Below, in pieces: positions 23,101-34,697 of a stretch of 64,000 nt of DNA. The notes below the pieces were generated by a model. It ran no database searches and was not told the origin of the DNA. It saw only the letters and a list, made by a program, of their open reading frames with translations. How positions within the stretch are numbered: the stretch's first letter is position 1; each line of letters opens with the position of its first letter. This DNA comes from an uncultured Actinomycetota bacterium (lineage in GTDB: Bacteria > Actinomycetota > Acidimicrobiia > Spongiisociales > UBA5794). The translations under genes were made by a program, and so were the position numbers. The stretch spans positions 25 to 64,024 of the forward strand of contig CAWEEG010000030.1 in assembly GCA_963808015.1 (NCBI GenBank), read 5' to 3'.

Positions 23101-25209
23101 GTGGACCAGCCGGACCTGTGGCTCTATGTAGCCGTAGTTATGGGCATCGCCGCCCTCATCCTTGCCTTCTTCTATGCCCGTCAGGTGACGTCGGCCGATC
23201 CCGGCAACGAGGTGATGGTGGACCTGATGGGAGCCATCCGCAAGGGGTCGATGGCGTTCATGAAGCGCGAGTACCGTGCGGTGGCGATCTTCGTCGCCAT
23301 CCTTGCGACGCTGATCCTCATCTTCCTTCCTTGGGGTCGTCCATGGGGAGCGATTGCCTACGTGTTCGGTGCCGTACTCTCGGCGACGGCCGGTTTCATC
23401 GGAATGCGGATCGCGACCGCAGCCAACGCGCGCACTGCCGAAGGGGCACGCCGGGGTGGTATCAAGGTCGCACTTCCCATCGCGTTCCGTGGCGGAGCCG
23501 TCATGGGATTCACCGTGGCCGGCCTCGGACTCCTCGGATTCTCGCTCGGCGTGTGGCTGTTCAAAGAAATCCTCGAACTCGACAACTGGGTAGCGGTCGT
23601 GACGGCAATCGCCCTTGGAGGGTCCTCGATCGCTCTGTTCTCTCGCGTCGGCGGTGGGATCTACACGAAGGCGGCCGATGTTGGTGCCGACCTCGTCGGC
23701 AAGGTTGAAGCCGGGATTCCCGAGGACGACCCCCGCAATCCGGCCACGATCGCCGACAACGTTGGCGACAACGTCGGCGACGTCGCAGGAATGGGTGCCG
23801 ACCTCTTCGAGTCGTATGTCGGATCGCTCGTTGCGCCGATTTCTTTCGCCGTGTTGGTGTTCGGCGTTGCCGGCGAGGCGTTCACGATGCAGGCCGTCTT
23901 TTACCCGCTGATGATTGCCTCTATCGGGATGCTCGCTTCGATCATCGGTTCGTTCCTCGTACGCCCGGGCAAGGCCAGCCTCGCTGCGACACTCGAACGT
24001 GGAACCTGGACTGCTGCCGGACTGACCGTCATCGGGGTTGGGGCGCTGACTCCCCTGATGTTCAGCGGTGTCGAGGGTGTCAACAACTACTGGGGGTTCT
24101 TCCTCGCGGTCCTCGTCGGTCTCGTAATCGGCATCATCATCGGGCGCATCTCGATGTGGTTCACGTCGGATGAGCACAAGGTCGTCAAGGAGATCGCTCG
24201 CCAAGCTCAGACCGGACCTGCAACCGTTGTGCTTTCGGGCATCTCCGAGGGAATGAAGTCCGCCGCCTACTCGGTGATCGTGGTCGCCTTCGGCATGGGA
24301 GCCGCCTTCTGGGCCGGTGACTGGGCCGTGGATGGCGGCGGCATCTACGGCGTGGCGATCGCCGCTATTGGTGTGCTTGCGACGCTCGGTATCACCGTTT
24401 CGGTCGATGCCTACGGGCCCATCGCAGACAACGCAGGCGGGATTGCAGAGATGGCACATCTGCCACCGGAGGTCCGCGAGACAACCGATGCACTCGATTC
24501 GCTCGGCAACACCACCGCCGCAATAGCGAAGGGCTTCGCGATCGGTTCTGCGGCCGTCACGGCTCTCGCCCTGTTCTTCACGTTCATCCAGTCGGTGAAT
24601 GTCGAGCTGGCTGAAGCCGGCAAGGACACCATCGAGGCTCTCGACATCCTCAGCATCTGGGTGATTGTCGGCCTCTTCATCGGCGGGATGTTCCCGTACC
24701 TGTTTGCAGCGCAGACGATCCAGGCGGTCGGCCGTGCCGCCAATCAGATGATCGAGGAAGTCCGTCGCCAGTTCCGTGAGATTCCCGGACTGCGTGAAGG
24801 GGATCCCGAGGCCAAGCCGGAGTACGAGAAGTGCGTCGATATCTCGACCCAGGCAGCCCTCCGAGAGATGATCGTGCCGGGTGCCCTCGCTGTTGCGCTG
24901 CCACTCATTGTGGGATTCATCAGTCTCGAGATGCTCGGCGGCTTGCTCGCCGGGGCGCTGATCTCAGGCTTCCTGTTGGCCATCTACATGGCGAACGCCG
25001 GTGGTGCCTGGGACAACGCCAAGAAGTTCATCGAAGCCGGTGCCTTCGGCGGCAAGGGCTCAGATGCTCACAAGGCAGCGGTCGTCGGTGACACGGTCGG
25101 CGATCCGTTCAAGGACACGTCGGGTCCGGCGATGAACATCGTCATCAAGGTCATGACGATCGTCTCCCTGATCTTCGCATCGGCGTTCGTGACCTACGGC
25201 TTGTTCTAG
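23101..25209 (+). CDS. hppA: Membrane-bound proton/sodium-translocating pyrophosphatase
   Basis: GGIYTKAADVGADLVGKVE, DNVGDNVGD, AHKAAVVGDTVGDPFKDTSGPAMNIVIKV; about 700 aa, intact. Confidence 0.9.
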   Translation: MDQPDLWLYVAVVMGIAALILAFFYARQVTSADPGNEVMVDLMGAIRKGSMAFMKREYRAVAIFVAILATLILIFLPWGRPWGAIAYVFGAVLSATAGFIGMRIATAANARTAEGARRGGIKVALPIAFRGGAVMGFTVAGLGLLGFSLGVWLFKEILELDNWVAVVTAIALGGSSIALFSRVGGGIYTKAADVGADLVGKVEAGIPEDDPRNPATIADNVGDNVGDVAGMGADLFESYVGSLVAPISFAVLVFGVAGEAFTMQAVFYPLMIASIGMLASIIGSFLVRPGKASLAATLERGTWTAAGLTVIGVGALTPLMFSGVEGVNNYWGFFLAVLVGLVIGIIIGRISMWFTSDEHKVVKEIARQAQTGPATVVLSGISEGMKSAAYSVIVVAFGMGAAFWAGDWAVDGGGIYGVAIAAIGVLATLGITVSVDAYGPIADNAGGIAEMAHLPPEVRETTDALDSLGNTTAAIAKGFAIGSAAVTALALFFTFIQSVNVELAEAGKDTIEALDILSIWVIVGLFIGGMFPYLFAAQTIQAVGRAANQMIEEVRRQFREIPGLREGDPEAKPEYEKCVDISTQAALREMIVPGALAVALPLIVGFISLEMLGGLLAGALISGFLLAIYMANAGGAWDNAKKFIEAGAFGGKGSDAHKAAVVGDTVGDPFKDTSGPAMNIVIKVMTIVSLIFASAFVTYGLF

Positions 25210-25217
25210 GCGGTAGT

Positions 25218-25248
25218 CCGCACTCCGTTCGAGCCGAACGGAGTGCGG
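25218..25248 (+). terminator. Hairpin (14-bp stem, tccgcactccgttcg agc cgaacggagtgcgg) immediately after the hppA stop; no U-tract
   Basis: Perfect inverted repeat read directly from the sequence. Confidence 0.55.
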
Positions 25249-25261
25249 CCCGCCGAATCGC

Positions 25262-26520
25262 GGTGGCGTCCTACCCTACGGGCGATCCACGCAGGGGGCT
25301 CTCTGGCTCGCACCATCACACTTGTTCGCCATGGCGAGACCGTCAGCAACGTCTCGGGACGTTGGCAGGGCCAATCCGACTCGCCGCTGAGCACGCGCGG
25401 CCAACTCCAGGTCGAGCGCCTCGGCCGACGTATGGCTGGTCGCGACACCGTCTTGATGGTGACGTCGGATCTCGGCCGGACTCGGGCGACTGGTGCCTCG
25501 ATCGGCAGCGGGGAACCCCTGGCTGAGTGGCGAGAATTCGATCTTGGGGCATGGGACGGGATGCAGCCTGAGGAGATCCGTCGCCGGTACCCCGACATCA
25601 CAAGCGAACGGTTCGGCTCCGGTGACTTCCAACCCGAGGGTGGTGAACGATTCTCCGATTTCACGGAACGTGTCCGCGGCGCATTCGAAGCGCTCGCGGC
25701 GCGGATCGACGAGGGCGAAGAGGCGATCGCGGTGACTCACGGCGGTGTCATCCAGACGATCGTTGGTTCAATTGTCGGCACCGCCGACCAATCGGCGATG
25801 CTTGTTCCCTCGAACGCTTCACTGACGACCATCCGTCTGTCCGACGATCGGGTTGAGGTGTTCTCGCTCAACGACGATCTACACCTCGAGGGTGACGTTG
25901 CCCGCCCATCGGGCACTCGACTCCGGTTCATTCGCCACGGTGAGACGGAAGCGAACCTCGAACACCGCTGGTGGGGGAGAGGGGAGTCGCAACTGTCCGA
26001 TGAGGGACGGCGCCAAGCCGCTGCACTCGCGCGGCAGTCTCCGGTGCATACGACGCCTTCGCGTTCATCTCCTTCGGTGCGCGCTCGCGACACGGCCGCT
26101 GCCGTCGCGAGAGACGATGACACGGTCCGGATCGTCGACGATCTCGTGGAGTTGCACTTCGGTGAGTGGGAGGGGCTCACCGGCGCCGAGGCTCGTGCGA
26201 CCGACCCGGAGGCTTTCCGCAGGATCTTCGAAGAGGGACGTGACGAGCCGCGCGGCGGTACCGGCGAGACATTTGCCAACGTGCCGGGGAACGGTTCGAA
26301 GCCGCAGCGGCTGCGCTTGCCGCAGACGAGTCCGGCACCGTTGGCGTTTTCACCCACGGTGGGAGTCACACGGGCCTACGTGGCGCGATTGCTTGGCATC
26401 CCATTCCTCGACCGGAACGTGATTCCAATTCCACGCAATACCGCCCACTGCGAAGTCATCTACGGCGGATCGGGTCCTCGCATCTCGTCGTACAACGTCG
26501 CAGCACATCTCGGAGACTGA
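25262..26520 (+). CDS. Tandem histidine-phosphatase (PGAM-family) domain protein; start uncertain; 2 or more frameshifts in domain 2
   Basis: Two RHGE motifs (LVRHGETVSN and FIRHGETEAN). The second domain shows a +1/-1 shift pair around 26270-26360 (...RFEAAAAALAADESGTVGVFTHGG... in an alternate frame). Confidence 0.65.
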
Positions 26521-26522
26521 GG

Positions 26523-27576
26523 ATGCGACTGCTGCTCATCACAAACGACTACCCCCCGAAGCCGGGCGGGATCCAGCAGTACCTCGGCAACGTGATCAAT
26601 GCGTATCCGGATGAGTGGCATGTCATCGCGCCGGCCGACGCAGCTGCCGAACCCGATGAGCGCATCAGTCGGCACCATTCGACGTTCATGTGGCCGACCC
26701 CTCAGGTCGCCGCGTGGATCCAGGATCGGGCAGCGGACTTCGCCCCCGACGCCATCCTGTTTGGTGCTCCCCACCCGTTGCCGTACCTCGGACCGGCATT
26801 GAGGGATCGGCTTGGTGTTCCCTACGGAGTGCTCAGTCACGGGGCAGAAGTCACCCTTCCTGCGGCAGCGCCGGGGACCCGGCAGGCGGTCGCCAAGGCG
26901 CTCCGCGATGCAGACGTGCGGTTTGCCGTCAGCGGCTTCACGGCGAACCGTGTACAACGCCTTTCCGGCAAGGAAGTCGTGTTCGTTGGAGCCGGCGTCG
27001 ACATCGACACCTTCACTCCTCCGCCGAACGGTGACAACGAGATCCCGGTTGTCGGATGTGTCTCCCGTTTTGTGCCGCGCAAGGGGCAACATCGCCTGAT
27101 CGAGGCGGCGTCGAGACTCTCGTCCCCTGTCGACGTGCTGCTTGTCGGCACGGGTCGCACCGAAGGAAGTCTCCGCAGGCTCGCCGACAAGCTCGGCGTG
27201 CGGACCCGCTTCGCCGTTGACGTGCCGTGGTCCGAGCTGCCCGGCCTGTACCGGCAGATGGATGTGTTCTGCATGCCGTGCCGATCGCGATGGGGCGGGT
27301 TGGAAGTGGAGGGACTCGGTCTGGTCTTTCTCGAGGCAGCTGCGACCGGTCTGCCGGTCCTCGCAGGGGACTCCGGGGGGTCTCCCGAGACGGTGATCCC
27401 CGGCGAGACCGGATACGTCGTTCACTCAACCGATGACATCGTTCAAGGCCTCGAGATGCTGCTCGAGGACCCTGAGCGAGCACGGCGCGATGGGACTCGC
27501 CGGACGGCAGTACGTCGAGGATGTGTTCACGTGGCCGAGGGTGGTTGAGCGCTTCCGCTCAGGCTTCAATCGATAG
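26523..27576 (+). CDS. GT4-family glycosyltransferase (PimB/mannosyltransferase-like), C-terminal frameshift
   Basis: EX7E-type motif region EGLGLVFLEAAATGLPV...GETGYVV. True C-terminus ...GLAGRQYVEDVFTWPRVVERFRSGFNR* is in the adjacent frame, ending at 27576. Confidence 0.75.
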
Positions 27577-27671
27577 GCACGTTCCGAGGGCCAAATACCC
27601 ATTGTCTTGACAAAGCGGCCATACTCCCGCATCGTTGACCCCGTTCCCAACCGACTGAGTGCTGTTCATCC

Positions 27672-30290
27672 ATGCCCAAACACCTTGTCATCGTCGAGTC
27701 CCCGGCGAAAGCCAAAACCATCGGCCGCTACCTCGGCGACGACTTCATCGTCGAATCGTCGGTCGGTCACATTCGCGATATCCCGACGAAGGTCGGCGAG
27801 GTCTCCGACGCCAAGAAGACGGCGTGGAGAGAGACCCGGTTCGGCATCGATATCGACAACGGCTTCAAGCCGATGTACGTGGTCACTCCCAATTCGAAGA
27901 AGCAAGTCGCCGTGCTGCGCAAGGCGCTCAAAGGCGCCGACTCTCTCTACCTCGCCACCGATGAGGATCGAGAAGGTGAAGCGATTGCGTGGCATCTTCT
28001 CGAAACCCTCAAGCCGAAGGTTCCCGTCCACCGGATGGTGTTCCACGAGATCACATCGGAGGCCATCCAGGAAGCGGTCGATCATCCGCGTGAGCTCGAC
28101 AAGCAGGTCGTCGCCGCCCAGGAGGCGCGCCGCGTTCTCGACCGTCTGTTCGGGTATGAAGTCTCGCCGGTGTTGTGGCGCAAGGTCCAGCGTGGGCTGT
28201 CGGCGGGCCGAGTCCAATCCCCGGCGACCCGAATCATCGTTGATCGTGAGCGGGAGCGCCTTGCGTTCATCGGAGCCACATACTCGGGGGTAACGGGCAC
28301 CTTCACCCCTCGTGACGAGGAGAGCCCGTTTGATGCCAAACTCGTCTCCGTCGACGGAGAACGTGTTGCGACCGGATCCGACTTCGACCGATCCGGCCAG
28401 CCCCGCGCCGACCGTATCATTCTCGATGCCGAGGCCGCAGCCGCGCTTGCAGACGAACTGGTCGACAGTCCGTTCGAAGTGACGTCTGTCGAGCGCAAGC
28501 CGTACACCCGGCGCCCGTATCCGCCATTCCGCACGGCCACGCTGCAGCAGGAAGCGGGTCGCAAATTCCGATTTGGGGCACGCCGAACAATGTCGGCTGC
28601 GCAACGTCTGTACGAAGGTGGGTTCATCACCTACATGAGGACCGACTCGACCAACCTGTCGGGGACGGCTCTGAGCGCGGCCCGCTCACTCGTCGCCGAC
28701 CGCTTCGGCAAGGAGTACCTCCCCGATTCGCCGCGCTTCTACGGCAAGAAGGCGAAGGGTGCCCAGGAGGCCCACGAGGCGATCCGTCCAGCCGGTGAGC
28801 ACTTCCAGGACCCGAAGACCGTTGCGGGTTCCTTCGGATCGAAGTCGGATGAGGCGCGGCTCTATGACTTGATCTGGAAACGAACCGTTGCGAGCCAGAT
28901 GAAGGATGCGAAAGGGGAGAGCCTCCAACTTCGACTCAGCGGAACTGCACCAGAAAGCAGTCGGGTGTGCGAGTTCTCGGCCTCCGGCCGCACCATCCTC
29001 TTCGGCGGATTCCTGAAGGCCTACGTCGAAGACATCGATGATCCCGATGCTGCCCGCGACGACCAGGAGCGGCACTTGCCGGCCGTTGCGGAAGGACAGG
29101 ATCTCGCCGCGCTCGCCATGGAGGCGACGAACCACGAGACAAAACCCCCTGCCCGCTACACCGAAGCAAGCCTCGTGAAGCGGTTGGAGGAACTGGGAAT
29201 CGGCCGCCCGTCGACCTACGCGTCGATCATCTCGACCATCCAGGACCGCGACTATGTGCGCAAACAGGGATCGGCGCTTGTTCCGACGCTCAAGGCTTTC
29301 GCGGTCGTTGGCCTGCTCGAGGAGCACTTCGGTGACTACGTCGACTACGACTTCACCGCGCTCATGGAGGAGGACCTCGACAAGATCGCGGGCGGCGAGG
29401 AGCAGATGGTCCCGTATCTGGAACGGTTCTACTTCGGTGTCGACGATCATCCCGGCCTCAGAACGCTCGTTTCCGACGATGCACTCGAGGGGATCGATCC
29501 GCGCGAGGTCAACGCCGTTCCCGATCGGTGAGGGTGCGGACGGCGAACCGATCGTGGCACGCTGCGGTCAATTCGGCCCCTACCTCGTTCACGGCGAATC
29601 CCGCGCCTCGATCCCCGAGGACGTACCGCTCGAAGAGCTCACGGTCGAGCGTGCAACGGAACTGCTCGCGGCTCCGTCCGGCGACCGGGCCCTCGGCGAG
29701 GATCCCGAGACCGGCCTCACCGTGTTCGCCAAGGCGGGACGCTACGGACCGTATGTTCAGCTCGGTGAACGAGACGCAGACCGAAGTCGAAGGCGAAGCC
29801 GAAGACGGCCTCCCTTTTCAAGACCATGTCGCTCGAGACGGTGACGGTTGACGACGCGCTCCGGCTTCTCACGCAGCCGCGGACCGTCGGTGAGCATCCT
29901 GAGGACGGCAAGCCGATAACGGCGCAGAACGGGCGCTACGGGCCTTACGTGAAGTGGGGCAAGGAGAGCCGCAGCCTCGAAGACGAGGATCAGATATTCA
30001 CGGTGGACCTCGAGGCGGCGATCGCCCTGCTCGCCCAGCCGAAGAAGGGGCGCAGCCGGACGGCGGCTGCTCCGTTGAAGGAACTCGGAGAGGACCCGAA
30101 CACTGAGAAGCCGGTCGTGCTCCGGAACGGACGGTTCGGTCCGTACGTCACCGACGGCGAGACGAACGCGTCCCTCAGGGTTGCGGACTCCGTCGACACG
30201 ATCACCCTCGATCGTGCGGTTGAGCTGCTCGCCGAGCGGCGGGCCAAGGGTCCGGCTCCGAAGCGGAAGCCGAAGAAGGTCTTAGCGTCG
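27672..30290 (+). CDS. topA: DNA topoisomerase I, 2-3 frameshifts in the C-terminal repeat region; 3' end approximate
   Basis: Toprim N-terminus MPKHLVIVESPAKAKTI; active-site region; C-terminal GRYGPYV/GRFGPYV repeats and a Lys-rich tail, spread over frames 27672-29531, 29530-29820 and 29826-30290. Confidence 0.85.
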
Positions 30291-30353
30291 GACCTGTCGC
30301 CCCCAACTCTGCGAAACTGTCCCGGTGACGCCGAGTACGAGGAACGAGATCGA

Positions 30354-30960
30354 GTGAACCGTCCCTACATCGCGTTCGAGGGCATCGAAGGTGCAGGCAA
30401 GTCGACCGTGGCGCAACTGGTCGGCGAACGACTCGAAGCCGACGGTCTGCCGCGTTGTCCGTGTGCGCGAACCGGGCGGGACCACCGTTGGCGAGTCGAT
30501 CCGGCAGATTCTCCTCAGCCACGAACTAGCGCCGAAACCGTGGACCGAGGCTCTCCTGTTCGCTGCCGCCCGGGCCCAGCTTGCGGCCGAGGCGGTCGGC
30601 CCGGCACTCGATGATGGGGCGTGGGTCCTGTCCGATCGATCGGTGTACTCATCGCTTGCGTATCAGGGAGCGGGCCGTCAACTCGGTGTCGAAGAGGTCC
30701 GCAACGCCAACGAGCCCGGCTTGCTTGGGGTCTGGCCCAGCATGGTGGTGCTCCTGGCCGTTGATCCGGACGAGGGCCTGGCGCGCCAGGAGGTTGGGGA
30801 TCGGATCGGTGACGAAGGTGTCGCTTTCCAGCAAGCTGTCGCGGAGGGGTTCACGGCGTTGGCGGAGGCGGAGCCCGAGCGCTTCGTCACCATCAATACC
30901 CATGCGCCGCTCGACGACGTTGTCGACACGGCGTATCGGGAGATTCGGACGCGATGGTGA
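30354..30960 (+). CDS. tmk: Thymidylate kinase, 1 frameshift
   Basis: P-loop FEGIEGAGKST at the start; remainder (...GGTTVGESIRQILL...) in frame 30391..30960. Confidence 0.75.
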
Positions 30961-32012
30961 CCCGGTTCGACGCCGTCATCGGGCATCGGGGGGTCATCGA
31001 ACTCCTCGAACGGGAGATCGTGGAACCCGCTCAGTCGTATCTCTTCGTTGGTCCGTCCAACGTTGGCAAAGCGACGATCGCCCGGCGGTTCGCAGCAGCA
31101 CTCCTATGCGGCGAGGACCAAGCCTGCATCGACCGCGTTTTGGGCGGCGTCCACCCGGACCTCGTTCTCGTTGAGCCGGAAGGTCGTGCCTCGATCACCG
31201 TCGACCAGGCGCGAACCGTGGTATCTCAGGCAACGCGCACCCCGCTCGAGTCGGATCGCAAAGTGTTCTTGCTCGAGGAAGGGGGCATGATGAACGACGA
31301 AGCCGCGAACGCCCTCCTGAAGACCCTGGAAGAGCCCACTCCCGCCACGGTGTTCGTGATCGTCGCCGAGACGGAAGACGATCTCCCGGAAACGGTCGCG
31401 AGTCGGTGCCGAACCGTTGTACTTGGCCGGGTTTCCGAGGAGGAGGTCGCCGCAGGTCTCATCCAGTTCGGTATCGAGGAGGAGCAGGCCACGGAAGCCG
31501 CTCGGATCGCCGGCGGCCGCCCGGGACTCGCTCTTGCACTCGCGACGGAGCCTCAGGTCGCCGACTACCGGAGAGTCTGGCTCAGCATTCCGATGCGTCT
31601 TGGCGAGCATCCTGGTGATGCATTCCGGCTTGCCGATGAGACCATGGCTGCTGCAGAGCCGCTTCTCGCCGCGCTCAAGGAGCGTCAGCAGGAAGAACGC
31701 GACGCGCTTGGCGATGACGCCCCGAAGTCGCTGCGCGATCGGCAAACCCGCGAGCTGAAGCGTGCAACCGATGCCCTCTACGTGACGGGTCTCGAGATAC
31801 TCGCTTCGTTCTATCGAGATGTGGCGGCGGCCCAATTCGGCAGCCCGGTGCGAAACACGGACGTCCCCGTCTCGGCATTGTCGTCCATGACACCGAGACG
31901 GGCGATTGCCGGAGCTGAACGAACCCTGGTCGCGGTCGAAGCGCTCGCCACAAACCAGCGACCACAGCTGGCATTCGCCAACCTGTTCGCCGAGCTGGCT
32001 GCCGATGCCTGA
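30954..32012 (+). CDS. holB: DNA polymerase III delta-prime subunit
   Basis: AAA+ clamp-loader topology; P-loop-like GPSNVGKAT; SRC motif (VASRCRTV). Confidence 0.75.
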   Translation: MVTRFDAVIGHRGVIELLEREIVEPAQSYLFVGPSNVGKATIARRFAAALLCGEDQACIDRVLGGVHPDLVLVEPEGRASITVDQARTVVSQATRTPLESDRKVFLLEEGGMMNDEAANALLKTLEEPTPATVFVIVAETEDDLPETVASRCRTVVLGRVSEEEVAAGLIQFGIEEEQATEAARIAGGRPGLALALATEPQVADYRRVWLSIPMRLGEHPGDAFRLADETMAAAEPLLAALKERQQEERDALGDDAPKSLRDRQTRELKRATDALYVTGLEILASFYRDVAAAQFGSPVRNTDVPVSALSSMTPRRAIAGAERTLVAVEALATNQRPQLAFANLFAELAADA

Positions 32013-32664
32013 CTTCCGGCGGATCCCCTCGGCCGCCACGACGCGATTCCTGAACATCCCAATCCGAATCCTCGCTCGCGGCCTACTTGACTTCGAAGTC
32101 AGCGGCACCGAGAACATCCCGAGCAGCGGCCCGGTTGTGGTTGCCGCGAATCACTTCTCCCATCTCGACCCCCCACTCGTCGTCAACGCCCTGGGACGCC
32201 TTGTCCGGTTTATCGCCGTCGACGAGTTGTTCGGGAATCACCTTGCGTTCGATGTCGTCACAGGGTTCTTCGGAGCGATCCCGACCGACCGCGACGGGGT
32301 CCCGCTGCACGCGCTGGAAGAAGCGATCGCGTACTTGCGTTCAGGGGGTACCGCCGGCGTCTTTCCCGAGGGGCGGCGCGTGGAGTACTGGCGCGAGACC
32401 GAACCGAAGCGTGGGGCCGCGTGGTTGGCATGGATGAGTGGTGCACCCCTGCTGCCGGTCGCGATCTACGGAACACAAAACACCCTCGGTCGAGCCGATG
32501 GCGGGATCCATCGCACGTCGGTTCGGGTCTGGATCGACGAACCGCTGGTCTGGTCCGCCTACGCGGAGCACATCGACCCCCTCGGAGCGATGACCGACGA
32601 CTGGTACGCGGCAGTGGACGCACACCTGGCACCGTGGTGGCCGCCTCCCCAAGCGCAGCCGTAG
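32009..32664 (+). CDS. plsC: 1-acyl-sn-glycerol-3-phosphate acyltransferase family protein
   Basis: NHFSHLD (HX4D) and FPEGRR motifs; ATG overlaps the holB stop. Confidence 0.8.
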
Positions 32665-32713
32665 CCGCCGGGATTCCGAAGTCGATCCGTCGGTGTGTCC
32701 GCTGCCGGTCGTC

Positions 32714-33631
32714 TACGACCGTTGCCGCAAGAACTCGTCCACTTCCGCTGCGGTGGGGATACCCGCGCCGGCCCCCGAATCGGGTGCACTTCAATGCGGC
32801 CGTGGCAGAGGCGCGACGTACCACGTCCTCGATTGGTCGATCCTCGGCAAGGCCAAGCGCAAAGGCACCATGGAAGACATCGCCGGCGCCGAGCGTGTCC
32901 GCGACGTCGACTTCAAAGGCTGGGAGTCTGCGCGTTTCGCCGCTTTGGTCCATCCACAGGACCCCCTCGCCCCCGAGGGTGACGCCGAGCCATGAGTCCG
33001 TTCGTGCGGCAACCGCCTCCAAACCCGTGGACGGATCGTTGTGGCCGCTCATCTCCGCAAGCGCCGGCGCCGAGAAGACGATGTGCGTTGGTGCAGTGAG
33101 CGCTGTACCGATCGGGCCCGGACGGACATGGTCGAAGTCCAGGACTGCCGGGATGCTGAGTCCCCGTGCCGCCTCCATCGCCGACAATGCTCCCGTCGGC
33201 CAAAGGAGGTCGCCCAGCACGGCATCGGCTCCCGAGAGGTCATCCTCGGTGACTCGATCCGCCGACTCCAACAGCTCGGGATCCGTGTGGTTGATGATCG
33301 TCCGCTCTCCATCGGCCTCGACCGTGATCGTGGAAACGGGAGATGACGCCGAAGGGTGACGTCGCACACGTCGGGTGTCGACGCCCCACTTGGTGAGGTC
33401 TTCAACGATCAGATCTCCGATGACGTCTTTGCCGAGCTGCCCTATGAAGCTGGCGTTGGCATCGAGCCGAGCCACGGCTGCGGCTGCCGTCGCTGCCGGT
33501 CCACCGCCGATCACCGTCATTGAATCGGCGAACGCCTTGCGGCCTCGATCTGGTCGCATGTCGATGCCGAATACGAAGTCGAGAACCGCCAGTCCGACGC
33601 AGGCGACGTTCTTCACCTGGCGTCTCCGCAT
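32714..33631 (-). CDS. PfkB-family carbohydrate kinase (ribokinase-like), C-terminal frameshift
   Basis: GG motif at the N-terminus; DTLGAGDVFHGAF anion-hole/catalytic motif. True C-terminus ...GIPTAAEVDEFLRQRS* is in the adjacent frame. Confidence 0.75.
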
Positions 33632-33869
33632 CGGTCGTGCCGAGCCCGCCGTGCACGCGTGCCTTGGACGCGGTTGGCATGTCGGTTTCGCTGCGATCCA
33701 TCGTCTCACCACGCCGCGCATCCTAACGACCGACGTGTGCCGCCCCGCTCGTCAACGGAGGTCGCGTGTTCCCAAGGCAAGAACCGAGGCAATCCAACCG
33801 GAATCGGACGAACGAACAATGGTCCTAACGCCCTATTGAGCGCCCAAATCTGCGCCGTACAGTGGATGA

Positions 33870-34598
33870 ATGAGATCTGCAGTTGTTCTCCTCGTGCTGG
33901 TCGTGTTGGGTGGCTGTTCGAGTAGCACGGATACGACCATCGCGGCCTCCTCCACCTCCGTTCCGCCTGAGACAACAACGGAAGCGCCGCAACAACGACG
34001 ACCACGGTGCAACAACGACGACCACGGCTGCAACGACGACGACCACGGCTGCAACGACAACGACCACGGCTGCGACAACCACGACCACCGCGGCTCCGAC
34101 AACCACCACAACAGCGGCGACTACCACAACGTCGGGCGGACCGTACGAGGTTGGCGTTCCCGACGTTCGCTCCGTTGGCTCCTCTGCCCGGAAGCGGCGG
34201 TGCAGCAGGGTCCGGTTGTACGCCAGGGGCGGGACCGTTGCCGGATGGCGCTTGGTTCGGCTACGTGGTGGCCAAGTCGGCGACGGCCATCGACTTCGAT
34301 CTGGCCTGCTTCTTCTACGGCGCCATCGCCTACACCGAGGGAGCCGCGGACGGAGAAGAGGTCAACAACGACTACTACGTGCGCAATGTCAATCCGACGC
34401 TCCGGACGATCGCCCGTCCCAGCGACGGCCACCGTGTATGAGGTCGATGCGGGATCCGTCGGGTTCCTGACGGTCCCGTTCTCCGGATGGCCGGTTGACC
34501 CGAGCGCGTCCATTCCCTGTCCTTCCACCTCGTGCAATGTCTGGGTCTTCGTCAACGGTGGCGAAGTCACCGAGATCCTCGAGCAATTCACGCCGTGA
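33870..34598 (+). CDS. Lipoprotein with a Thr/Ala-rich repeat linker, 2 frameshifts
   Basis: Signal plus lipobox VVLGGCSSS. TTTTTAA x6 linker in frame 33883... C-terminal domain spread over frames 34007.. and 33870..34598. Confidence 0.55.
   Translation: MRSAVVLLVLVVLGGCSSSTDTTIAASSTSVPPETTTEAPQQRRPRCNNDDHGCNDDDHGCNDNDHGCDNHDHRGSDNHHNSGDYHNVGRTVRGWRSRRSLRWLLCPEAAVQQGPVVRQGRDRCRMALGSATWWPSRRRPSTSIWPASSTAPSPTPREPRTEKRSTTTTTCAMSIRRSGRSPVPATATVYEVDAGSVGFLTVPFSGWPVDPSASIPCPSTSCNVWVFVNGGEVTEILEQFTP
33988..34135 (+). repeat. About 6-7 tandem copies of a 21-nt unit (gcaacaacgacgaccacggct) encoding the TTTTTAA linker
   Basis: Direct reading of the sequence. Confidence 0.8.
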
Positions 34599-34697
34599 CC
34601 TTGGGCCGGCGACTCACATCTTCTCCCAGCAACGAGGGAACCAAATCCGTTCACGCGGCGTCATATCTGTACAGCACGCAACGAGTAGGTTTGTATT

